DNA from: Gemmatimonadales bacterium
GTDB taxonomy: Bacteria; Gemmatimonadota; Gemmatimonadetes; Gemmatimonadales; GWC2-71-9
Length of the DNA: 64,000 nucleotides
Reading direction: 5' to 3'
Assembly (NCBI GenBank): GCA_965249575.1
Contig: OZ252244.1
Span: forward strand, 1,632,001-1,696,000
In this document: piece after piece, positions 51,104 through 60,890 of the stretch
Layout: every line of letters starts with the position of its first letter
How positions within the stretch are numbered: position 1 is the stretch's first letter
Position numbers and translations under genes: made by a program
The notes under the pieces: model-generated
Databases searched by the model: none
Told to the model about the DNA's origin: nothing
The model's input: the letters and a program-made list of their open reading frames with translations, nothing else

Positions 51104-52381
51104 GTGGTGACGGTGACGCCGGGTACCGCGACCATCGACCCGGGTGACATGCAGCAGTTCACCGCCGCGGCGGTCGATGCCAACTCCAATGCGGTCACCG
51201 TCAAGTTTCTCTGGGTTTCCTCCAATCAGTTCGTGGCGACGGTCGATACGCTGGGTATGGCGAGCGGCAACAGCGCCGGAACGGCTGTCATTACGGCGGT
51301 TGGCCAGGGGACGCCCGGAAACGCCGTGCTCACGGTCGGCGGTGGAGGGGGTGGCGGAGCCTCGCAGCTCGCGTTCCGCGCGGTGCCGGCGCTCGCGGTG
51401 GCCCGGAAGCCGTTTTCACTCCAGGTCGAGGTGCAGGATGTGTTCGGGAACGTGGTTCCCTCATCGACTCTAGATGTGACGCTCGACTTCGGGACCAACG
51501 CGGGCAGCATGCTCTTCTTCTCGAGCGGCCAAGACGATGCCGACGTCTGCGACCCGGGCGGCAACAGCTACACCTGCCAGTGGCTGGTGGACCCACTGAC
51601 CCCGGATTCACTCCCACCCCTGGCTTTCAACAATCACGACGGCATCCAGGCGGCGGTGTACGACCCCGCGACCGGCCTGTTGTTCGCCGCCGACAAGAGC
51701 CCGATCCTCAGCACCATCGATCCCGCAACCGGCGAAGTCATGACCGTCGGCAACCTCGGTTTCGACCTGAGTGGGCTCACCTGGGAGACGACAACCGGTG
51801 GGCGGCTACTGGGCGTCGGAAGAAACGATAACGAGCTGTACGATATCGACACACAGACTGGTGCAGCGACGTCACTCGGCTCGGTCGCGATCGCAGGCGC
51901 CGTGATTGAGAAGTGGAGCGGCATTGCAACGGACCCGACCGACGGGACCATTTTCGGTTCCGCGAGGTACCAGGGGCAGGGCAGTAACGAGCGGTACCTG
52001 GTAACGATCAACCCGACCACCCTGGTCGCGACCGAGGTGGGGCAGCTGTCAGAGGATTACGTGAGCGAGCTCGCCTTCTTCCCTGACGGAACCCTCTACG
52101 CCAGCAGGGGCACTAATGGGGCGGAGCGCATCCACCTGGTTGACAAGGCCACGGGCGACATGACGGATGTGTTCGCCGACATGCAGCGCGGAGCGGTAGC
52201 CGTTACCCTCGCGTCCGTCCCAGCGGCGCTTTCGGGCACCCTAACCGTGACCGCAGTGAACGGCGTGGCCACGTTTACCGGCCTGCACATCAACGCGCCG
52301 GGTAGCGGATACACCCTCTCGGCGTCCGCAACGGGCGTGACGGATGGAGCCACCAACGTAATGACGCTGGTAACGCCGTAG
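51101..52381 (+). CDS. Surface protein fragment: Ig-like (Big_2) domain plus beta-propeller repeats; N-terminus missing
   Basis: VTVTPGTATI...W.SSN..VATVD, repeats of IDPATG/IDTQTG/INPTT/VDKATG. The 5' 980 bp of ORF 50120-52381 is antisense to the HDAC gene. Confidence 0.75.
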   Translation, partial: DVVTVTPGTATIDPGDMQQFTAAAVDANSNAVTVKFLWVSSNQFVATVDTLGMASGNSAGTAVITAVGQGTPGNAVLTVGGGGGGGASQLAFRAVPALAVARKPFSLQVEVQDVFGNVVPSSTLDVTLDFGTNAGSMLFFSSGQDDADVCDPGGNSYTCQWLVDPLTPDSLPPLAFNNHDGIQAAVYDPATGLLFAADKSPILSTIDPATGEVMTVGNLGFDLSGLTWETTTGGRLLGVGRNDNELYDIDTQTGAATSLGSVAIAGAVIEKWSGIATDPTDGTIFGSARYQGQGSNERYLVTINPTTLVATEVGQLSEDYVSELAFFPDGTLYASRGTNGAERIHLVDKATGDMTDVFADMQRGAVAVTLASVPAALSGTLTVTAVNGVATFTGLHINAPGSGYTLSASATGVTDGATNVMTLVTP

Positions 52382-52429
52382 TACCGAGCACAAACAGATG
52401 ACGGCCCGGTAACGGGCTAGAGCACACAG

Positions 52430-52456
52430 GGCGGCGCCTTCGGGCGCCGCCTTTTT
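52430..52456 (+). terminator. Rho-independent terminator
   Basis: GGCGGCGCC-TTCG-GGCGCCGCC-TTTTT downstream of the Ig-domain gene. Confidence 0.9.
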
Positions 52457-52533
52457 CTCCCCGGCCAAGCCACCCCACCCCTCGCCACATCGCGCCCGAA
52501 CATGTACACTCGTGGCTTCGAGAGGACCGACCG

Positions 52534-53514
52534 ATGCGTGCAGTGGTCATCACAAAGCCCGGCGGCCCCGAAGTCCTGGAGATTCGGGACACCCCAGATC
52601 CCGAGCCGAGCGCTGGGGAGGTGCGGGTTCGGGTCAGTGCCTTCGGCATCAACCGGGCCGATCTGCTCCAGCGCAAGGGGCTCTACCCCGCGCCACCGGG
52701 GGTGCCGAAGGACATTCCGGGCCTCGAATACGCCGGCCTAGTGGATGCCTTGGGAGAGCGCGCCGAGGGGATCGCCGCCGGTGACCGGGTGATGGGGATC
52801 GTGGGGGGCGGGGCGTACGCGGAGTACGTGATCGCACCCGCCGGGCAGGCGGTGTCGATCCCCGACGGCATGCCGTTCGAGCGGGCGGCGGCCATCCCGG
52901 AGGCATTCATCACCGCACACGACGCGATCGTCCGATTGTGCGTCACGCAGGGGGAATGGGTCCTCGTTCACGCGATCGGGAGCGGGGTGGGCACCGCCGC
53001 GCTGCAGCTCATCAAGGCGCGAGGCGCCCGGTGCATCGGAACGAGCCGCACCGCCGCCAAGCTCGACCGCGCGACGGCGCTGGGGATGGACGCCGGCGTC
53101 GATACGGCCGCCCAGAAAAAGTTCTCCGATTCGGTGCTCAAGATCGCCGGCGTGGGCGCGGAGGCCGCTATCGACCTGGTGGGCGGCAAGCTGTTTCCCG
53201 AGACACTCAAGTCCATGGCCCCGCGCGGCCACGTCATGCTGGTTGGGCTCACGGCGGGCAATCGAGCCGACGTGGACTTGGGACTCATCCTGCGCAAGCG
53301 GCTGCGGCTCGAGGGAACGGTGGTGCGGTCGCGCTCGAAGGACGAGAAGATCGAAGCGACGGAAGCCTTCCGTGAGGCCGTCTTGCCAAGCATGGCGAGC
53401 GGCGAGATCAATCCCGTCGTCGACCGCACCTTCCCGCTCGAGGAGGTCGGCGCCGCACACACGTACATGGAGTCGAACGCCAACTTCGGAAAAGTGGTCG
53501 TGCTCATCGAGTGA
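52534..53514 (+). CDS. NAD(P)H-quinone oxidoreductase (PIG3-type MDR)
   Basis: GINRADLLQR.G.YP, PGLE, SGVGTA, GKVV. Confidence 0.92.
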   Translation: MRAVVITKPGGPEVLEIRDTPDPEPSAGEVRVRVSAFGINRADLLQRKGLYPAPPGVPKDIPGLEYAGLVDALGERAEGIAAGDRVMGIVGGGAYAEYVIAPAGQAVSIPDGMPFERAAAIPEAFITAHDAIVRLCVTQGEWVLVHAIGSGVGTAALQLIKARGARCIGTSRTAAKLDRATALGMDAGVDTAAQKKFSDSVLKIAGVGAEAAIDLVGGKLFPETLKSMAPRGHVMLVGLTAGNRADVDLGLILRKRLRLEGTVVRSRSKDEKIEATEAFREAVLPSMASGEINPVVDRTFPLEEVGAAHTYMESNANFGKVVVLIE

Positions 53515-53535
53515 ATTATCTTTGATGGGTCCGCG

Positions 53536-54522
53536 ATGACCACCACCGCCGTCTCCCCGGTGTTTCGACCGGCCTATCTCGATACCGGCGTCGGCGCGCT
53601 ACGCGAGCGAGCCGAGCGCGCGATCGCCACGCTGGCGGACTGCCGCGCGTGCCCCCGCGATTGCCGGGTCAACCGGCTCGAGAACAAGTGGTCCGCCTGC
53701 AAGACCGGGCGCTACGCCGTCGTCTCGAGTCACTTTCCGCATTTCGGCGAGGAAGACTGTCTGCGAGGCTGGAACGGCTCCGGCACGATCTTCTTTGGCC
53801 ACTGCAACCTGCGCTGCGTGTTCTGCCAGAACTACGACATCAGCCAGGCGATACGGCCGGGCGCCGCAGCGCCCGGCCACGATGCGCGGCAAATCGCGGA
53901 CATGATGCTCGAGCTGCAGACGCTGGGCTGTCACAACGTCAACTTCGTGACCCCCGAGCACGTCGTGCCGCAGGTCATCGAGGCGGTGGCGCTCGCGGTC
54001 GGCGACGGCCTCAACCTCCCGATCGTCTACAACACGAGCGCCTACGATTCGCTGGAGAGCATCGAGCTGCTGGACGGCATCGTCGACATCTACATGCCCG
54101 ACTTCAAGTACTGGTCCGGCCAGCGCAGCGCGCGGTACCTCAAGGCCCCGGACTATCCCGAACGCGCCAGGGCCGCCATCGCGGCCATGCACCGGCAGGT
54201 AGGCCAGCTCACCGTCGATGACCAGGGGTTGGCAAAGCGGGGCTTGCTCATCCGGCACCTCGTCATGCCCGGGGCGCTCGATGAAACGCGCTCGATCTTC
54301 GAGTGGATAGCCACCGAGCTCGGCACCGACACGTATGTGAATGTGATGGACCAGTACCATCCGGCGGGCAAGGTCGACCCATCGCGCCATTCGGAGATCA
54401 GCCGGCCGACGAGCACCGACGAGTTCCATCGAGCGGTCCGCCTCGCCCGCGCGGCGGGGCTCGAGCGGCTCGACTATCGAAAGCCGCACGCACGCCTCAT
54501 GCGCAGGCTCAACGTCGTGTGA
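53536..54522 (+). CDS. Radical SAM protein, PflX-like
   Basis: CRACPRDC, HFGEE, CNLRCVFCQN, IYMPDFKY, LIRHLVMP. Confidence 0.9.
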   Translation: MTTTAVSPVFRPAYLDTGVGALRERAERAIATLADCRACPRDCRVNRLENKWSACKTGRYAVVSSHFPHFGEEDCLRGWNGSGTIFFGHCNLRCVFCQNYDISQAIRPGAAAPGHDARQIADMMLELQTLGCHNVNFVTPEHVVPQVIEAVALAVGDGLNLPIVYNTSAYDSLESIELLDGIVDIYMPDFKYWSGQRSARYLKAPDYPERARAAIAAMHRQVGQLTVDDQGLAKRGLLIRHLVMPGALDETRSIFEWIATELGTDTYVNVMDQYHPAGKVDPSRHSEISRPTSTDEFHRAVRLARAAGLERLDYRKPHARLMRRLNVV

Positions 54523-54570
54523 CAAACGGGTCGAGCGATCCTGCCTCAGGCCACTCACCGGAGCAAGCCC

Positions 54571-56247
54571 ATGACTAGTTCCCGTCATCGAGCTCTTGCC
54601 ACGCTCGTCGTGCAGTTGAGCCTCCTCTCGACCGCGGCTTGCTGGCGGAGTTCCCGAGACCCCGTTCAACTCCTGAGCGATTGGTCGAGTCGCAACCAGA
54701 CGTCTCTCGAGGACCCACCGGTCTCGCGCGGAGTGGCGAGCCGCCAACAGGACGCGCGCTGGAACCTGATTTCGATCGTGACCGACGACCAGGCGGTCTG
54801 GTCGGTCGGCGCCTACGGCTACGACGAGGCCCACACACCCAACATGGACCGTTTGGCCAGCGAGGGCGTGCTCTTCACCAACGCCTTCGCCGCCTCCGGC
54901 GTGTGCACGCCGAGCAGAGTGGCGTTTCTCACTGGGCTGTACCCAATCCAGGCGGGCTTCCCCGACGTGCCCTATCGGCGGGACATCGACGAGGGGTTGC
55001 CACTCGGAGTCCCGTCCTGGCCGCGCGTGCTCCAGGAGCACGGTTACACGACGGGGCTTATCGGGAAATGGCATCTCGGATTCACCCGCGAGAACCACCC
55101 GACCAACTACGGCATCGACTACTTCTACGGGTTCCAGGGCGGAGGCAACCGTCCCATCGATCCGATTCTCGAGCGCGACGGCGAGATCGGCGTAGTCCCC
55201 GGCCCAACGCCGGACGTCCTGGTGGACGATGCGATTCGCTTCCTCGAACGGCACCGGGCCGACCGGTTCGCGCTGATGCTGCACTTCAGGGCGCCGCACG
55301 CGCCGCACTTGCCGGTTCCAGAGGCGGACCTCGAGCCATTCGCCGATCTCGACCCGACCGTGCCCGTGGTGGATCCCGCGGACGCCCTGCTCGACGACGA
55401 TCAGGAGCCCGCAGACCCGGCGGCCATCGCGCTGCACGTCGAATTATTGAAGGAGAAGGTGAACAGCTACTACGCGAGCGTGCATTCCGTCGACCGCAAC
55501 CTCGGCCGGCTGCTCGCCAAGCTCGACGAGCTCGGGCTCACGGGCAACACGATCGTGATGTTCCAGAGTGATCAGGGGTACCTGTTCGGCCATCGCGGAC
55601 TCAAGGGCAAGGGTGGGGCCCAGCCGATTCGAAACCACACGCTCCAGAACAACGTGTTCGTGGTCAACATGTTCGACGTCGCGCTACGCATTCCGCTGAT
55701 CGTCCGCTGGCCGGGCGTCGCGCGGCCCGGCGCCGTGCGCGAGGAGCTGGTCTCCAACATCGACACGTATGCGTCTGTATTGGGCATGCTCGGCGTTCCC
55801 AAGCCGATCGACGCCTCAGATCAGAGCCGGGACTTCTCGCCGCTCATCCGGGGTGAGCCCGTCACATGGCGCGACGCGGTCTTTTCGGAGTACACACCCG
55901 ACCAGATCGGCGCGATGAACTTCAGCCGCATGATCCGAACCGACCGGTGGAAACTGGTGCGGAGCTACTTGAACGGCGGGGGAAACGAGCTGTACGATCT
56001 CGCGGCCGATCCTGGCGAGGTCCGGAACCTCTACTACTCCCACTACAAGCGCGTCCCGCTGCTGCAATATCGGGGAGAGCGCCGCGGGGACGGCGAGCAT
56101 CCCTACGCCGACGTGCTGGACGATCTACAGTCGCGGCTCTCCGCGTGGCAGCGTTCGATAGGCGACCCCGCTCCAGCACTGGAACGGCGGTATCTGGAAG
56201 ACAAGCGGGATACCCGCGCTCGCTGGGGCGGGGGAGGTGACCGCTAA
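54571..56247 (+). CDS. Formylglycine-dependent sulfatase (lipoprotein-like)
   Basis: TDD, CTPSR...LTG, GKWHLG, PH, SDQG, ELYDL..DP.E. Confidence 0.92.
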   Translation: MTSSRHRALATLVVQLSLLSTAACWRSSRDPVQLLSDWSSRNQTSLEDPPVSRGVASRQQDARWNLISIVTDDQAVWSVGAYGYDEAHTPNMDRLASEGVLFTNAFAASGVCTPSRVAFLTGLYPIQAGFPDVPYRRDIDEGLPLGVPSWPRVLQEHGYTTGLIGKWHLGFTRENHPTNYGIDYFYGFQGGGNRPIDPILERDGEIGVVPGPTPDVLVDDAIRFLERHRADRFALMLHFRAPHAPHLPVPEADLEPFADLDPTVPVVDPADALLDDDQEPADPAAIALHVELLKEKVNSYYASVHSVDRNLGRLLAKLDELGLTGNTIVMFQSDQGYLFGHRGLKGKGGAQPIRNHTLQNNVFVVNMFDVALRIPLIVRWPGVARPGAVREELVSNIDTYASVLGMLGVPKPIDASDQSRDFSPLIRGEPVTWRDAVFSEYTPDQIGAMNFSRMIRTDRWKLVRSYLNGGGNELYDLAADPGEVRNLYYSHYKRVPLLQYRGERRGDGEHPYADVLDDLQSRLSAWQRSIGDPAPALERRYLEDKRDTRARWGGGGDR

Positions 56248-56747
56248 GGGTAGCGCCGGTGCCATTTCGGGATGAGGGCTCCGACCCCGGCGCCAACCGC
56301 ACCGCCGATGGCACTCCCTCCGAGTCCGAGGATCGGGATGGCCTCCGGACACGGATCGACCACGTCGAAGAAGCCGCTCGAGCAGAAGGAATTCGTCACG
56401 GCCCCAACGAACACTCCGAAGGCCCCGCCGGCTATGGCGCCCACGATCGCCCCGGTCTTGGTTGCCCGGCCCCGCGTCCACAACCTGCTCACGGAATCCA
56501 TTCTCACGCGGTGTTCGCCCTCATCGCTCGAGAGCAGCAGCGCCCCGGCGTCGACTCGTAAGAACACACCCTCGAGCTGTCTCCGCTCGCTCTCGATGCG
56601 CACGCGGGAGCCATGCGAAAGGCTCGGAAGCTGTATCGCGTTATCGGTTTGGCGCTGAGAGTGCGCGGGACCAGAACCGACCGCGCCCAGCAGCGTTACG
56701 AGCGCCAGGGTGCGGGAGCCCGTGGCCCGCAGCCGGGGAAAGACCAT
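56244..56747 (-). CDS. Hypothetical exported protein with glycine-zipper hairpin
   Basis: Signal peptide, small beta domain, two GxxxG helices flanking a Cys pair. Confidence 0.7.
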   Translation of the reverse strand: MVFPRLRATGSRTLALVTLLGAVGSGPAHSQRQTDNAIQLPSLSHGSRVRIESERRQLEGVFLRVDAGALLLSSDEGEHRVRMDSVSRLWTRGRATKTGAIVGAIAGGAFGVFVGAVTNSFCSSGFFDVVDPCPEAIPILGLGGSAIGGAVGAGVGALIPKWHRRYP

Positions 56748-56918
56748 GCCGAACGCCTCGTGACTGGAGCGAATGAAATGTACTCGGGCCACCGCCACGC
56801 AGGGTGGCGACGAAACCGCATCGTACCTGGCAGGGTGTGCGACGGCGGATTACTTTCGCGCCCCTGGTCTTCCGTGGGGATGGACCCCCATTCAGTGAGC
56901 CCTTTTCAGGAGGTGATC

Positions 56919-57359
56919 GTGGCCGAGAAAATGCCCCAGACCTACGCGAACCACAAGCGACTCGTTCCCGGGTTCCACATCGTGGCATTCGGACTGCTGG
57001 TAATCAACCTGCTGTGGTCGCTGTACAGAGTCGTCTTCGCGTTCTCGCTTCAGAACCTCGTCACGACACTCCTGGCCGTTGGGGTCGTCCTGTTGTTCGT
57101 CTACGCGCGCACGTTCGTGACGATTGTTCAGGACCGCATCATCAGGCTGGAAGAACGACTTCGCCTGCGGTCGGTATTGCCGGACGACCTGAAACGCTCG
57201 GTCGACGACTTGACCCCGGCCCAGCTGATCGCGCTCAGGTTCGGATCCGACAACGAGGTCGTCGAGCTCGTGCGGGTCGTCAGGTCCGAGGGAATCACCG
57301 ACCGAGAGGAGATCAAGCGCCGCGTCAAGAATTGGCGGCCCGATTATTTGAGGGTCTGA
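56919..57359 (+). CDS. DUF6526-type membrane protein
   Basis: QTYANH, QDRIIRLEERLR, QLIALRF.SD, IK..VKNWRPD..RV, AGGAGGT RBS. Confidence 0.8.
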   Translation: MAEKMPQTYANHKRLVPGFHIVAFGLLVINLLWSLYRVVFAFSLQNLVTTLLAVGVVLLFVYARTFVTIVQDRIIRLEERLRLRSVLPDDLKRSVDDLTPAQLIALRFGSDNEVVELVRVVRSEGITDREEIKRRVKNWRPDYLRV

Positions 57360-57410
57360 GTCGAGGGGTGCTGGCCGGATGGAGCTGCGACGATTGCCGC
57401 GACGATCGTT

Positions 57411-58143
57411 TTAGACTGGGCGCGCCTTTCCCTCCAAAACACTCTCGAGAGCCCGCAGCAAGTCGCTCGGGGTAAAGGGCTTCCTCAAGATGTAAGAGGC
57501 TCCCAGCGTCTTGGCCATCGCAAGGGGATCGGGCGCACCGTAGCGCCGCTGCCCGGAGATCGCGATGACCTTCGCGTCGGGGTATTCGCGCCGGAGCTTC
57601 CGAACGAACTCGAGACCGGAATTGGACGGCATCAGCAAGTTGACGATCACGATGTCAGCGGGGCCATCACGGTAGGAGCGGAGGGCCGCGTCGGCGTCGG
57701 AGGCCTCGACCACCTCGTGACCCGCCCTGGTGAGTGCGATCCGGAGCGTGTCGCGCGTCAGGTCCTCATCGTCGACGATCAGCGTGCGCGCCATGCGGTA
57801 ATCGGCGATCATGAGGCCTCGCCGACAGGGCCAGCAACGGACTTCCCTCACGGTCCCGCCGACCCGGGCAATGGGGTATCCGAGCGTCAACTCGCCGCCA
57901 CACACCGGGCACGCCGGCTGCGCTGCCGGCCGCGCGACCGCCTCACGGATCCGTTCGGTGTCCTCTCTCGAATATGGAATCGGCGTCTGGCGCCTCCGGT
58001 CGGTGGTCCGGCGCCCGAACCGGCTGCGCCTCCCGCCACCGCTGCGCCGCAGCCGGGATCGGCGGTCGGTGCCCCGGCGCCGTTCGGCCCGCACGGCAGC
58101 GATCCGTTTGCGACGCTCTCCGGTCCTCCGGTCCTCATCCACG
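57411..58143 (-). CDS. Response regulator with N-terminal Arg-rich (ERR/DRR) repeats and Zn ribbon; start unclear
   Basis: DEDRRTGERR...DRR, CPVC...CWPC, REC LIVDDE...IVNLLMP...KPF. Confidence 0.75.
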
Positions 58144-58465
58144 TTCCTTCGAGGCCGATCCACGGGTTGGGCGCAAGGGGGAGCCCGAACCGCTGACGGA
58201 CCTGCGCGCCGGCGCTGATGATGTTGTCGTGACCGCCGGTGAAGGACAGTCGGGTGAACCCGAGCAGCCCAAGGAGAGAGGTTTGACCGATCCTCGGGCC
58301 CGCGACGACATGGCCACCGACCCCTTTTTCGGAGTCCCTGCCGTCGCTGCCGCTCTTCAAGGCCCCGAACCCCCCCACCGCGACATGCGGTGCCACCGGA
58401 ATCATCGTCGCACAAGCGCCGCTTACCAGCGCGGCTGCCACGACCAGAACCGCACGCGTCTTCAT
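58130..58465 (-). pseudogene. Truncated outer-membrane beta-barrel-like lipoprotein
   Basis: MKTRAV...SGAC lipobox and beta strands up to PWIGLEGTWMR, after which the frame runs out of register into the response regulator gene. Confidence 0.55.
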
Positions 58466-58538
58466 AGTCCCCCGCCTGAGTTGAGTGAGCGCCGAACACC
58501 CGATCCCAGCTCGACTCCCATCCAAGGTAATCAATATG

Positions 58539-58571
58539 GAGGCGGCTTATGCTCTAGAGGCGGCCTATGCT
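58539..58571. repeat. 15-bp direct repeat (period 18) between divergent genes
   Basis: GAGGCGGCTTATGCT (58539-58553) and GAGGCGGCCTATGCT (58557-58571). Confidence 0.7.
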
Positions 58572-58717
58572 GTGCCGTCCGCGCCCGGACTGCCGTGGGC
58601 CCCATCGCCTGCGTTCCGCGTCGTGTCACCGCTTACCCTTGCTGCCGATTGCGGCCGGCCACACATTCGGCGCGGCGAAGATTCCCATGGCCGCACCGAT
58701 CTCAAGAGGAGGTTCCG

Positions 58718-59017
58718 ATGCTGGAGTGGCTCGTACCGTTTACCGTGTTTTGGATTGCCTCGGCGATGTTTCTTGGGGGATGGCCGGTCGAGTTGGAGGG
58801 GGGGAAGGGGCTACAGCACGTGCTTGGCCTGATCGTTACGATGGTACTCTTCCTGGCGATCTGGGGTGGGCTGCGCGCGCTCCTCGGCGGCATCGGTCCA
58901 GTATTGGGGAGACTGGTGCTCCCGGCCGCCCTTACGGTGGTGACCGTACCGCTGCAAGCGTGGCTGGGGTACCGCGTCTTTGGGATCCGTCTGCGGTTCG
59001 GCAGCGCGGGGCACTGA
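58718..59017 (+). CDS. Small 3-TM membrane protein
   Basis: GAGGAGG RBS, MLEWLVP start, three hydrophobic segments. Confidence 0.75.
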   Translation: MLEWLVPFTVFWIASAMFLGGWPVELEGGKGLQHVLGLIVTMVLFLAIWGGLRALLGGIGPVLGRLVLPAALTVVTVPLQAWLGYRVFGIRLRFGSAGH

Positions 59018-59087
59018 TCACGCACTAGGCCCAAAAGGAACGTGGGGCCCACAGGCGGGCCTCACACGACTCCGCGCCCCGCGAGGG

Positions 59088-59468
59088 TCAGTCGTCGTCG
59101 CCCTCATCCTCGAGGGCCTCGTGGAACCACGAACTCCGCGGATCGACTCCCTGGATGCGCACCGTCGCGTGCGGGTTGAGCAGCTCGGCGGGCACGATCC
59201 ATAGCCGCGCCTCCCACAACACACCGTCCATCTCGAAGCGATCCAACACCTCGTCCGACAACTCCATCTTCACCTCCAACACGGCATCTCCCGGGGGACC
59301 CTCATCCTCCTTGAGCGGACGATCGGAGAGCCACACTCCGACCACCTTGAGGAGCTCGCCCGTCCGTTCGTCCTCCTGCCCGAACTGCCATCTCGCGTTC
59401 TCGAACCCGCCCTTCACGATGGCGCGCGCGTCTGCAATGCTGGTTCGGTGATAAAAGACCAGGCTCAT
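59088..59468 (-). CDS. Small acidic protein with ADP-ribosyltransferase-like fold motifs
   Basis: FYHRTS...AI...GF...GVWLSD...VLEV pattern. Confidence 0.6.
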   Translation of the reverse strand: MSLVFYHRTSIADARAIVKGGFENARWQFGQEDERTGELLKVVGVWLSDRPLKEDEGPPGDAVLEVKMELSDEVLDRFEMDGVLWEARLWIVPAELLNPHATVRIQGVDPRSSWFHEALEDEGDDD

Positions 59469-59780
59469 CGAGTCCGATTCCCCTTCGGGCATCCCTAATG
59501 TTCGCGGCGCCCCCCCCAACCAACAACCCCCCGCAGATTCCCGAACCCTACTTCCTTACTGTTAGTTCGCCCCGACGGGGCCATTGGTTCCAACCAGCGG
59601 TATCTCGATTTAAGATCGGACGCCGGTCATCGTTCGTGAAGCTAGGTCTCATGTACCGGCCGGACGATGCCCGCGCCGCCGCCCGGGACACTTGCCAGCG
59701 CGCCGGGCGCTGCTTCCTTTCGCGTAGATCCAGGCCGGCAACAGGGCGTGCAACACGGTCTCACATGCCACTGGAGGGAA

Positions 59781-60890
59781 ATGTCAGGCAGCACCGATCG
59801 AGTGAAGGTGGCCGTACTCTACAATCACGTGGACGAAGATGAGTACGAGAAGCTGAAAGAGGTCGACCCGTCGACCCTGGAATTTCAGCCCGAGTACGAC
59901 ATTCACGTTGCAACCGTCACCGAGGAGTACGACGCGATCGTCAAGGCCCTCAGGCGTAGCGGATTTCGCGCTCGGGCCGTCAACATTCAGGACGACGTCA
60001 AGCGGCTCGAACGCGTGCTCCGGAGAAGCCCGCCGGACGTGATCTTCAACCTCATCGAGCATTTCCGCGACGATCCGAGCGGCGAGACCAATGTGGCGGC
60101 GCTCTACGAGCTTCACCGTGTTGCGTACACGGGTGCTCCGCCCTTTGCTCTCGAGGTTGCGCAACGAAAGGGCCTGACCAAACTGATCCTGCAGGCACAC
60201 GGCGTCCCCACACCTCGCTTTCATCTAGTCGATGAAGGGAGCATTCGTGAACGCCACGGCCTTCGCTACCCGCTCATTGTCAAACCGGCGCGGGAAGATG
60301 CGAGTTCCGGCGTGGATCGCGATTCTGTGGTCGGCGACTACATGCAGCTGTCGAGCCAGGTGGAGCGAATCTTCAGAGAGTTCGGTGCGCCCGTGTTGAT
60401 CGAGGAGTTCATCGACGGCGGCGAGCTGCACGTCTCGATTCTGGGAAACGACCCTCCCCGAGTCTTGCCCGTGATCGAATGGGATTTCTCGACGCTCCCT
60501 CCCGACTACCCACCGATCATCACCTATGCGGCGAAGTGGAATCCGCTGGCCGAGGTCTACCATCGCGTGCATTCGGTTTGCCCGGCCCGGCTCCCGAAGC
60601 GAGTACTCCAGACGGTCGAGCGAGTGGCGCTCGAGGCCTATCGAACCGTGGGGTGCCGGGACTACGCGAGGCTGGACATTCGGCTCTCAAAGTCTCAGAA
60701 GCCCTACGTACTCGAAGTGAACCCAAACCCAGACCTCACTGAGGGGGTTTCCTTCATGGAATCCGCCGGCGCCGGTGGTTTCACGTTTGAGGAGGCTCTC
60801 GTGCACATCGCCGGATTGGCTCTACAGCGTCGCCAGGCTCCTAAACCCGATCCAGCCGAACGGGCATCGACGCCTGCGGGAGAATCATGA
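59781..60890 (+). CDS. D-alanine--D-alanine ligase-like ATP-grasp protein
   Basis: IFNLIE, YTG, IVKP..EDASSG, EEFI.G, RDYARLD.R, LEVNPNP. Confidence 0.88.
   Translation: MSGSTDRVKVAVLYNHVDEDEYEKLKEVDPSTLEFQPEYDIHVATVTEEYDAIVKALRRSGFRARAVNIQDDVKRLERVLRRSPPDVIFNLIEHFRDDPSGETNVAALYELHRVAYTGAPPFALEVAQRKGLTKLILQAHGVPTPRFHLVDEGSIRERHGLRYPLIVKPAREDASSGVDRDSVVGDYMQLSSQVERIFREFGAPVLIEEFIDGGELHVSILGNDPPRVLPVIEWDFSTLPPDYPPIITYAAKWNPLAEVYHRVHSVCPARLPKRVLQTVERVALEAYRTVGCRDYARLDIRLSKSQKPYVLEVNPNPDLTEGVSFMESAGAGGFTFEEALVHIAGLALQRRQAPKPDPAERASTPAGES

Noticed and set aside
50120..52381. 753-aa ORF as a single protein
   Set aside because: The first ~327 codons are the antisense shadow of the HDAC gene. Only the part from about 51101 is protein-like.
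41219..55437. Long antisense ORFs (e.g. 41219-42850 +, 53599-55437 -)
   Set aside because: These are shadow ORFs opposite well-supported genes, expected at high GC, and carry no motifs.
53536..56247. Radical SAM gene as the maturase of the adjacent sulfatase
   Set aside because: It is PflX-like and lacks the C-terminal Cys-rich SPASM domain of anaerobic sulfatase maturases.
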